Part shown: positions 29,221 to 37,781 of the stretch, piece after piece
Layout of the letters: every line of letters starts with the position of its first letter
Position numbering within the stretch: position 1 is the stretch's first letter
From: a virus
Taxonomy: Duplodnaviria > Caudoviricetes
IMG/VR virus record: IMGVR_UViG_3300011008_000021
Location: 1 to 64,000 of that record
Length of the DNA stretch: 64,000 nucleotides
Strand: one strand, 5' to 3'
The notes under the pieces: model-generated
Told to the model about the DNA's origin: nothing
What the model saw: only the letters and a program-made list of their open reading frames with translations
Databases searched by the model: none
Made by a program: the position numbers and the translations under genes

Positions 29221-29901
29221 TTAATAGATTGTATCTGTATTAACCTCAACACACCTATCTATCTCTTTATTAGAATTAGTAATGGTGTATGAATTATTGT
29301 AACAACTCTTTTGATTTAAATAATTTTCAAATTTATTTCCAAAGAGTGTTGTAGGTCTTAAATATTTTGACATTTCTTGATTGTTAAACCAATCATTAAA
29401 TTTATTATTAATAACAATTTTAAAATCTTCTACAGTAAACCCAGAATTCAATTTTGATACAATAAGTTTCTTTGTAGCTGTATTAGAACTTCTGTAACGT
29501 GAATTCAACTTATTATTAAGATAATTTATTATTTCATCTACTTCTGTATCGAATTGATTGTCGAGTTTTCTGCATTTTTTATTATTACATTGATTTTCTG
29601 CATTAACTGAACTAACATCGTTAATATTTTTTTCAAATGGATTTATAGTTCTATATAAATTAGTTCTTCCATCTCTTACAACTTTTTCAAGTAATCCTTT
29701 ATCTACTAATTTTTTTAAAACTTCAATCATGCATACTTCTGATGTTTTTGTCCATTTACATAAATAATTTATAGAACCATGAAAATATGAATCATTATCT
29801 TGTGAAAATCCATGTATGATTGCATAAACTAATAATTCGTTTCCTTTAATATCTAGATTAGTCATCCATCCTAAGATGGTAATATAATTATTACTTGTCA
29901 T
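29221..29901 (-). CDS. phage replication initiator (N-terminal wHTH plus conserved phage C-terminal domain)
   Basis: LKGNELLVYAII-like N terminus; IINYLN..GFTVEDFKIVI..KYLRPTTLFGNKFENYLNQ. Confidence 0.85.
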   Translation of the reverse strand: MTSNNYITILGWMTNLDIKGNELLVYAIIHGFSQDNDSYFHGSINYLCKWTKTSEVCMIEVLKKLVDKGLLEKVVRDGRTNLYRTINPFEKNINDVSSVNAENQCNNKKCRKLDNQFDTEVDEIINYLNNKLNSRYRSSNTATKKLIVSKLNSGFTVEDFKIVINNKFNDWFNNQEMSKYLRPTTLFGNKFENYLNQKSCYNNSYTITNSNKEIDRCVEVNTDTIY

Positions 29902-29960
29902 GTTTAACCCACTATATAATATAGCTATATTATATTATTTATCTTATTATATATATCGTA

Positions 29961-30018
29961 TTAACTTTTTTAACAGGTGTACTTAAAAAAGTTAAGAGGT
30001 ACTCCTTAAAAGAGTTAA
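29961..30018. repeat. three 13-bp iteron-like repeats upstream of rep
   Basis: TTAACTTTTTTAA (29961), TTAAAAAAGTTAA (29983), TTAAAAGAGTTAA (30006). Confidence 0.55.
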
Positions 30019-30030
30019 TATGTCTACTAT

Positions 30031-30339
30031 TTAATCTTCCGAAAGAAACAAACTATTTTTCTTTATTTTTAATTTAAAATCCTCATTAAAATTAATCTTG
30101 TGATCTATTGACGTAACAAATTTCGTATCAGCTTTAACTTTAAATTTTGTATTACATTTATCACAAATATAATATTCTATTGGATCCCACATCTTACCAT
30201 AACAATTTAGAACTCTACCATTAATATCCTTTTCGATATATTTAGGATGACCTACCAATGCTGATGGTACAAATATTTCTGCTGGTAAATATTCACATCC
30301 ACAATATGGACATTTAATAACTGTTAATTTATCTTTCAT
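30031..30339 (-). CDS. zinc-ribbon protein
   Basis: CPYC...CDKC. Confidence 0.65.
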   Translation of the reverse strand: MKDKLTVIKCPYCGCEYLPAEIFVPSALVGHPKYIEKDINGRVLNCYGKMWDPIEYYICDKCNTKFKVKADTKFVTSIDHKINFNEDFKLKIKKNSLFLSED

Positions 30340-30374
30340 ACTAATAGACTCCTAATATCTAATATTTTTTTAAT

Positions 30375-30403
30375 ATTATACATTATTAAAAATAAGAAGT
30401 CAA
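30375..30403 (-). promoter_or_regulatory. sigmaA promoter heading the replication region
   Basis: TTGACT, 17 nt, TATAAT. Confidence 0.7.
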
Positions 30404-30410
30404 TAATAAA

Positions 30411-30932
30411 TTAAATAATTCCACCATCAATATCGATATTCAAAGAACTTGAAATAAATTTAAATCTACTATTCTCAGGAACTAACCAAGTTGTTGAGCT
30501 TGAACTTGTTCTATATAATAATTGTAAAGAATAAGTATTTGCTGCCGCAGAACTTGTATCACTAAAGGAAACACCTTTATAAATACTTGTCTGTGTATTT
30601 CCTTGAGTATCGTCTTGACCCATCAACTCTATATAACCATTACCCTCATCAAGAGTTATAACTCCAAATATTTTTAAGGCTGTTGATGTATTAAATAAAT
30701 CTGTAATATCCTTTAACTGATTTACTTTGAAATAATAACCTTTTATATTAAATTCAAAAGAATTGGTTGAAGAAATTTTTTCAGGAGGAGTTATTATAAA
30801 ACCATCTAAATCAATAAGTTGGTTAATAATACCTGCCATTGATTTTTCAGTTAATAATCTAGCATCTTGCTGATTAGCTCCACGTCTTGTGGATGGAAAT
30901 ACGATTATTTTATCACTATTTATATATGGCAT
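30411..30932 (-). CDS. hypothetical virion/baseplate-associated protein
   Basis: Last gene of baseplate operon; ends IDGGII. Confidence 0.55.
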   Translation of the reverse strand: MPYINSDKIIVFPSTRRGANQQDARLLTEKSMAGIINQLIDLDGFIITPPEKISSTNSFEFNIKGYYFKVNQLKDITDLFNTSTALKIFGVITLDEGNGYIELMGQDDTQGNTQTSIYKGVSFSDTSSAAANTYSLQLLYRTSSSSTTWLVPENSRFKFISSSLNIDIDGGII

Positions 30933-30934
30933 AT

Positions 30935-31459
30935 TTACTCCTCTTCATAATTAACTAATTTCATACTCCAGACTAAAGTGGCTGTAATACCAGGAGTAAT
31001 TTGAGATAATACATTTGGAGAAACTAATAATCTTGCTAAATCGTGCTGTCTTTCATTTTGATTATTTTCATCATATCCAGTCATAAGATATAATGTATAG
31101 ATAGCAGTATCATCAACATTAATAGTTTCAATTAATTGTTCGGAATTAATTACTGTTGTAAATTCAGCAATCCAATCGTTTCCACTCGAATAATATCTCT
31201 TTGCAGTAACTTGAGAAAAGAATTTTAAAAATGTAAGTTCATCATCACTTCCATATTCTTTTCTTCTTAAATCAACATATTCTGGAATTCCAATAGAACC
31301 ACCTGGATAATTTCCAGTTAAAAAAACTGAAAATATATACATAAGGTAATTTAATCCTTCATTATGTGTTTTCACTTCATACTGCTTTCCATTTATTTTT
31401 AATTTAACTTTAACTTCACCTTTATAATATATATTTGTAAGATTATCAGTCATGTTCAA
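30935..31459 (-). CDS. hypothetical virion/baseplate-associated protein
   Basis: YKGEVKV..HNEG N terminus; operon context. Confidence 0.55.
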   Translation of the reverse strand: MNMTDNLTNIYYKGEVKVKLKINGKQYEVKTHNEGLNYLMYIFSVFLTGNYPGGSIGIPEYVDLRRKEYGSDDELTFLKFFSQVTAKRYYSSGNDWIAEFTTVINSEQLIETINVDDTAIYTLYLMTGYDENNQNERQHDLARLLVSPNVLSQITPGITATLVWSMKLVNYEEE

Positions 31460-32787
31460 TCTCCATCACTGTTATTTGTAACATAATATTGTTTCAACAT
31501 ATAAAGAGTATCAGAATAATTATTCCATACATTATTATTATACATATAATAATTAGCACCATTTAATATAACTAAATTATAAGATAAAGTTTCTACTAAG
31601 GTAAGAGCTAGCTTATTTTGGAGTGTAACAAAAAATCCAAGAATATATTGTCTGAAATCTCTTAAATCAATTACTGGTGCTACAGTAGATTTATATTCTT
31701 GATAAACTTGATCCGAGCTTGAAAAAGTTCCTCTGTACGCAACATCATTCCATTGTCCATCTCTATACAATTTATATGTTGTTACTGATTCCATTAGATT
31801 TATCAAATCATTTTCCTCAACATTTGGAACATCATCAGTGCTTTCATAGACACCTCTGTAATTAGAATCTATATAGGAATCTCCTACATATATATAATAT
31901 TTATTATTATTAAGGATTCCAGCAACATCATAATTTTGAGGATTAGGAATGTTTGCAAGAGTTAATTCGTTATAGTTTCCTATAAAATCTAATTTATGCC
32001 AGCCATTTTCATAATAATACATTTCATGATCCGCTATAGCAATATGACCTTTTGTTGAAGAAACAGGTAATGCAGATACTGTATCAAAAATACCTAAAAA
32101 ATTGGTTGAAGGTTTACTATCAATCGAATTTAACCAAACAGTATCAACAGCACCTAATAAATTATTTTCAAGTTCATCATCGTATAGTTTATAACTACCT
32201 CTAATTTGAGCCATTATATTACTACTTGAAAATAATAGTTTCACATCGTCATTTATATAAATTTTATCTAGAGTGTTAAGATTTTTATAAAAATAAATAT
32301 AAAAACCAAAACCGGCAGGTAAAATATATTTTGCAAGTTCGTTAAGAATTTCGGTACTCTTTAAAATTGTATCAATACCTACTATAATAGTATGAGCATC
32401 AATTAATACTCCATTTATAACAGTAGCTGAGTCTGCAACGCTTACAGTAAAACTTCCGGGAATATTATTTAACTTTAAACACATATTTAAAAGTTTCTTA
32501 ATTGCATTTAAAGATCCTTTATTTCTAACTAAATCAGGAAAGACACTTAAAATATATCTTAATTGATTGTCATCAAATTTCTTATTTGAGAAAAATCCTA
32601 ACTTCGTCTGTAATAAAGGAAGCATATTAGATTGTATTTTCCACGTATCTAATAAATATATAATGGAGTCAGTATCATACTTAACTCCATTATATATACT
32701 ATCATATAATCTACACAGAAGTTGAAAATCTCTAGACTCAGCTGGATAAGTTTCAGGTGTTAAATTTTGGAATCTTATAGTCTGCAT
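31456..32787 (-). CDS. baseplate wedge / P2 gpI-like protein with C-terminal repeats
   Basis: PETY..SRDFQ, LPLLQTKLGF, RNKGSLNAIK, YILPAG; follows the gp6-like gene. Confidence 0.65.
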   Translation of the reverse strand: MQTIRFQNLTPETYPAESRDFQLLCRLYDSIYNGVKYDTDSIIYLLDTWKIQSNMLPLLQTKLGFFSNKKFDDNQLRYILSVFPDLVRNKGSLNAIKKLLNMCLKLNNIPGSFTVSVADSATVINGVLIDAHTIIVGIDTILKSTEILNELAKYILPAGFGFYIYFYKNLNTLDKIYINDDVKLLFSSSNIMAQIRGSYKLYDDELENNLLGAVDTVWLNSIDSKPSTNFLGIFDTVSALPVSSTKGHIAIADHEMYYYENGWHKLDFIGNYNELTLANIPNPQNYDVAGILNNNKYYIYVGDSYIDSNYRGVYESTDDVPNVEENDLINLMESVTTYKLYRDGQWNDVAYRGTFSSSDQVYQEYKSTVAPVIDLRDFRQYILGFFVTLQNKLALTLVETLSYNLVILNGANYYMYNNNVWNNYSDTLYMLKQYYVTNNSDGD

Positions 32788-35700
32788 TATTTTTTATTTA
32801 AAATATAAATATTACTATTTGACACATCAAGCTGACAAATTACATAATTATTAAATATGTGATTTGTTTCTAAGAATGAAGATGGTAATAATGGATCTTT
32901 TATTGAATCATCTTCATTTACTTGATACAAATAATTAAAAACATTATCGTTATCTAAATTTATAATTTTATTTCTAATTTTATTATAATAGAAAGTAGAA
33001 ATATTATCAACTTTCTTAAAATTAAAAGGATTTAAAATTGATATTGTTGCGTTAGTAGTATGAGCTGATGTTCTAACTGTTAATGTATGTTCGGCAGTGG
33101 TAGGAATATTTAAATATACAATAGCGTTACTAACATTATGGAATGTTGTTAATAATGGATTATATATTGCTGCTAATTCTACGTCATCAACTAATACCTT
33201 TAATGAAGTAAGTTCCAAACTCGAATTATTTAATCTAAACATATAATCACCGGCAGGTAAAATAAAGTTTGTACCTATTTCTGTTGTTTCAGGATCAAAT
33301 GTATAAATTAAATCTCCATAACTATTAACTCTAATTGTTCCATCAGTTCTTGAAATATTTTCTCTGTAAATATAAATAGAATCGTATTCAATTGAATCGT
33401 CAACTAATAATTGACTAACTGTATGATCTCCACCACCATCGTAAATAGCATTTAATTTAGATTTTACAACATAAGGATAATAATATTGAGTGGAAACATC
33501 TTCATCAATTAAAGCACCAGACCCATTAATTGTTTCTGTTGTACCATCTTCTAAATACAAAGTTAAATATTGATTTTCAAGTAACCTTTGTTGCACGGTA
33601 CTGGAAATATTTAAACTAAGTAATGATCTAGCATTCCATCCTGATGTGTACGAACTATCTATATTAATAGAGTTAATATCAACCCAGGTTTCATCATTTT
33701 TTGATTGATATTGAACAGTATAATTTGAAAGATCTATTAACTCATCATTTTCATCATAAACACCATCAGATTTAAATTTAACTGTCCAGGATTGTGTTCC
33801 GTCATTTCTTGTTAATTTTATCTTCGACCCTGTACTTACAGTAATATATTGATTTTCAGTGATAATCGTTGATTGTCCTGATAATGGATGTTGCCATACA
33901 TCTTTTAATGCATTAGTTCCATTTTCTAATATATCTTCTAAATTTATAGAAGCACTAACAATCCAATTTCCTTGTCCACTGTTTCTGCTTATAGTAGTAC
34001 CAGATCCTAATATTCCTAATTCTGTTAAAGAACTATTTGAATAAAAGAAATACTCACCTGTGTTTAATAAATATGTTTGAGATTCAGCTTCTTCATCGTT
34101 ACTGAACAACACATAATTTCCATCTGTTTTATCGTTAAGTACCCAATAACAATAATAAGAAGAATCTAGACTAATTTGATTTAATCTTCTTGTTGTTATT
34201 GTTTTTACACCTGAAAGTATATTTGATCTTGAAACTAATGCTGATATACCATCAGATATTGTTGAGTTCATTGGACCATTTAATTCAGAACTTGCTACGT
34301 ATCTTGGTTCATCCTCTGTTCCAACATTAGTAAGATTTGAAGAAGAAGCTAATGATGCACCTATTGGAGTTATTTGATTATCTTCCATTGTAAAAGATGG
34401 ATGAATAATATTTCCTTCTGCATATACATAATAATTATACACATCTAGAACATCGTCATCAGTTTTCCAATAAAATATTACATATTCATTCTGCTGTAAT
34501 TGATAATCAGAATCAGCTGCTATCTTATTAAGAGTGTACCATTCGAATTTTACATAATTCGAATAAGATGTACCATTAATAAAATTCGGTGCGTAAAATT
34601 GTAAACTTTCATTTGTCTTCAGTTGATATTCAGAAAGATTATTTGTTAATGTTATATCAACACCACTCTTTACCTTATCAACTTCATCAACAACTCTATT
34701 ATATAATTGATTAAAAGTATAATCAAATTCTCCGGCTTCCTCAAATAATGGAGTAACACCTGCTAAAACAGATTTAGCAAATACCTCATCTCTTATCTGA
34801 GTTGCAGTAGAAAGAGATACTATAACATTATCATTATTTTCTGGTGTTCCATTAATTGTGATTCCATACTCACTTAATGAAATTAAAGAACCATTTAATT
34901 TCCATCCACTATCATAAATTAAAGAATATGAAGAATAATTATCATAACCAATTTTCAATGTGAATGCTTGTTCATCAACAGATACTTCAAGAACATCTGC
35001 AACCCATTTACGCTTATCAAAACTTCCTGCAGGTGCATCTATTGCAGATATACATTTATATCTTACACCTTTATACTGACAAATTTCGTCTATAATATAA
35101 CCTGAAGTATTATCATATTCTTGTGCGGCATAAATTATGTTTTTATAAACAGGTTCATAACTACTTTCAGTAATGTTGACTTCTTGAAATTGTGATCCAT
35201 CAAAGTATACTGCCCATGTCTGATATTCTATATTATCAATAATCGCAGTTTTAATTCTCTCATCTGCACTTACAATTAAATCGTTAATTAATTCAAGAGT
35301 AATTGAATCTGAAAAATCTATTTTCTTTGCATTTAGATTATCAAAAAATGCTTTTCTAACATTTTGTGAAACTTCAGCTGCCTGTGAAGTTGTTAATTGA
35401 TATTTTGTTATAATTCTACAATTGATTGGGTATTTATTTTTAAAGAAACAAACATGTGATGAAGATGAAGTTGCAGGTAGCAGATCTTCATAATCATGAC
35501 TTATGCATCTTTGATCTTCTAAATAGTATTTAATAGTTTGCTGTGCTGAATTTGATAATAAGTTAAATGTATCATCAAAATCATATGAGGAATCAATTGA
35601 AGAAACATTTTCTAATAAATATAATTTTATACTGAATGCAGATAAAGTATCCTGCGGAACATCAGCAGTTATAACGCTACCATTATAGATTACTTCTTTA

Positions 35701-36875
35701 TTTATATATTGCTGTTCTTGAACAGTTCTAATTGAATCTACTTCATTATCCAATGTCATAATTGAATACGTACATTGGATATCATTTGTTCTATCACAAA
35801 CAAAACAATTTGACACTAAACCAGATCTAATTATATAATTAATATAATCTCTTAAAGTAACTAAGGTATCAAATGTTCCAATAACTCTTTTATAATTATG
35901 ATACGCTTCATTTATAGTTTCTGGATTTGAACCACTTGAAGATGAAGAATAATTTGTTATTTTAACATTATCGGAATCAAGAACAATATTTGCTCCGCTA
36001 ACATCTGTTAAATATAAATCGTTATAAAATTTTTCAAGCATGTTAATGCCAATATTACCATTAGTACCTGTAGATTTAATATATGTAATATTAACACCGT
36101 CTTTTATAACATTTTCTGCATCGTCAGGAAACTGAATATAACAAGTTGTTCCATCTTCAGATAACCCAAACGAATAATAGGTATTATTTAAAGATTCGAC
36201 AGTTAAGTTATCTTTCTTAACCCAATCAGTATAATTATTCTGACCTACGTTAGTTATAAAGATTCCATTTTCAGCAACATCATAAGAATTAAAATATATT
36301 CTATTATTACTGTCTAGATGATTAATTCGAATGGTTGTTTCACCATTTATATCATAAGTAATAGCTATTCCTTGTATTGCTTTAAATGTTAAAAGATTTC
36401 CATTAAAATATAGATTTTGAGAACCTACTGCAAATTTATCATCATCCACTCCATCAGGAGATCCAACCAATGTATATATTACGGAATTGTCTGCATCCGA
36501 CACCATAGTAAAAGCTGGTATGGTTACATAACCATCTTTAACATCTCCATTCCATTTTATTGAAACATTTGCAATAGCAGATTTATACCAACTCATTCTA
36601 TATCCGAGTTGATCGAATAATTGTCTAGCATTCTTTTCTTGAGTTACTGATAATGGAAAACATTCAAGAACATTTTTATCTATATTATAATTTAACTTAT
36701 CTGCTATAATCGCATTTAATTTTAAAAGCACTACACCTGGATCTGATTCATTAGACATCGAAGGATCCCATCTTGAGGTAAGTACCTTTGCTAAGTCAAG
36801 TAATTCAGGAAATATTGTCTGAAAATCTTTACTTGTATATGAAGTTGATTGAATAGGATTTAAAACATCACTCAT
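32787..36875 (-). CDS. large baseplate wedge protein (T4 gp6 / baseplate J-like)
   Basis: SYTSKDFQTI, ESDPGVVLL, YIKSTGTNGN, GSNPETINEA, TLVTLRDY. Confidence 0.8.
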   Translation of the reverse strand: MSDVLNPIQSTSYTSKDFQTIFPELLDLAKVLTSRWDPSMSNESDPGVVLLKLNAIIADKLNYNIDKNVLECFPLSVTQEKNARQLFDQLGYRMSWYKSAIANVSIKWNGDVKDGYVTIPAFTMVSDADNSVIYTLVGSPDGVDDDKFAVGSQNLYFNGNLLTFKAIQGIAITYDINGETTIRINHLDSNNRIYFNSYDVAENGIFITNVGQNNYTDWVKKDNLTVESLNNTYYSFGLSEDGTTCYIQFPDDAENVIKDGVNITYIKSTGTNGNIGINMLEKFYNDLYLTDVSGANIVLDSDNVKITNYSSSSSGSNPETINEAYHNYKRVIGTFDTLVTLRDYINYIIRSGLVSNCFVCDRTNDIQCTYSIMTLDNEVDSIRTVQEQQYINKEVIYNGSVITADVPQDTLSAFSIKLYLLENVSSIDSSYDFDDTFNLLSNSAQQTIKYYLEDQRCISHDYEDLLPATSSSSHVCFFKNKYPINCRIITKYQLTTSQAAEVSQNVRKAFFDNLNAKKIDFSDSITLELINDLIVSADERIKTAIIDNIEYQTWAVYFDGSQFQEVNITESSYEPVYKNIIYAAQEYDNTSGYIIDEICQYKGVRYKCISAIDAPAGSFDKRKWVADVLEVSVDEQAFTLKIGYDNYSSYSLIYDSGWKLNGSLISLSEYGITINGTPENNDNVIVSLSTATQIRDEVFAKSVLAGVTPLFEEAGEFDYTFNQLYNRVVDEVDKVKSGVDITLTNNLSEYQLKTNESLQFYAPNFINGTSYSNYVKFEWYTLNKIAADSDYQLQQNEYVIFYWKTDDDVLDVYNYYVYAEGNIIHPSFTMEDNQITPIGASLASSSNLTNVGTEDEPRYVASSELNGPMNSTISDGISALVSRSNILSGVKTITTRRLNQISLDSSYYCYWVLNDKTDGNYVLFSNDEEAESQTYLLNTGEYFFYSNSSLTELGILGSGTTISRNSGQGNWIVSASINLEDILENGTNALKDVWQHPLSGQSTIITENQYITVSTGSKIKLTRNDGTQSWTVKFKSDGVYDENDELIDLSNYTVQYQSKNDETWVDINSINIDSSYTSGWNARSLLSLNISSTVQQRLLENQYLTLYLEDGTTETINGSGALIDEDVSTQYYYPYVVKSKLNAIYDGGGDHTVSQLLVDDSIEYDSIYIYRENISRTDGTIRVNSYGDLIYTFDPETTEIGTNFILPAGDYMFRLNNSSLELTSLKVLVDDVELAAIYNPLLTTFHNVSNAIVYLNIPTTAEHTLTVRTSAHTTNATISILNPFNFKKVDNISTFYYNKIRNKIINLDNDNVFNYLYQVNEDDSIKDPLLPSSFLETNHIFNNYVICQLDVSNSNIYILNKK

Positions 36876-36923
36876 TATTTATTTACCCTAATAAAATTAT
36901 ACTATATACAATATATACAATAT

Positions 36924-37307
36924 TTACAACTCATTTATCTGGTCTTCACCAGTCATTAATTTAATACTATACATGTTTGTTGTTAAATCTAATGAATTTG
37001 TTGCTTTTATTTCTACAAATAAAGCTGTTCCGTTTCTTGATACCTTTATATCATTTCTTGTCAATTTCAATTGTGGCATGAATTGTAGAATTGCTGTATA
37101 TATTTCATCAATTACTATATCATTTAATGCTGAGTTATTTTGGGCATAAAATAACTCCATTAATCTTGTTCCAAAATATGGATCTCCAAATAAAGAATTC
37201 TTCGATGATTTTAAAAGTAATGTTAAATTACTTAGAGTTGCTTTTTTATCGTCAACTGTTAATGTCCTTGAATTACTGAACATAACAGGATATGCTAATG
37301 ATCTCAT
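36924..37307 (-). CDS. gp25/GpW-like baseplate protein
   Basis: LTLLLKSSKNSLFGDPYFGTRL..IYTAILQFMP. Confidence 0.8.
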   Translation of the reverse strand: MRSLAYPVMFSNSRTLTVDDKKATLSNLTLLLKSSKNSLFGDPYFGTRLMELFYAQNNSALNDIVIDEIYTAILQFMPQLKLTRNDIKVSRNGTALFVEIKATNSLDLTTNMYSIKLMTGEDQINEL

Positions 37308-37362
37308 CTTTACACCTGATTTCGTTTATTTCAAATGAAAAATTATACAGTATCTTTTTTCG

Positions 37363-37779
37363 TTATTCTTCCATTAACCCATCTAATATATTATTTATTT
37401 CAGAAACATTCTGTATTATCTGTGGTAATGAATTTAAACTCTTTTTTGTATTTCCAATCTTTGTTGAATCAGGTAGAGAGGCATCTGAATCGGCAGATAT
37501 GGAACTACATCTTATATCTATTGTGGATTCACTATTCTTTTTTGAATAAAGTAGACCTATAATAACTGGTGTTCCTAATTCATCATTTTCAAAATCAACC
37601 CATACAACATCACCTACCTGATAAGAAGGACTTATACCGGGCATCGTACATACAGGTGCTATAGGTAATTGATCTTTAGGTACTGCACCAGGAGTATTTT
37701 CTATTCTATGATATATGGGTATTCTTATCTTGTAAGAATACCCATTATCTTCAATTGATTCTATAAATGCTTTAACCAT
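37363..37779 (-). CDS. baseplate spike-like protein (gpV/gp5 OB fold)
   Basis: KIRIP..YQVGDVVWVDFENDELGTPVIIG. Confidence 0.7.
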   Translation of the reverse strand: MVKAFIESIEDNGYSYKIRIPIYHRIENTPGAVPKDQLPIAPVCTMPGISPSYQVGDVVWVDFENDELGTPVIIGLLYSKKNSESTIDIRCSSISADSDASLPDSTKIGNTKKSLNSLPQIIQNVSEINNILDGLMEE

Positions 37780-37781
37780 GA

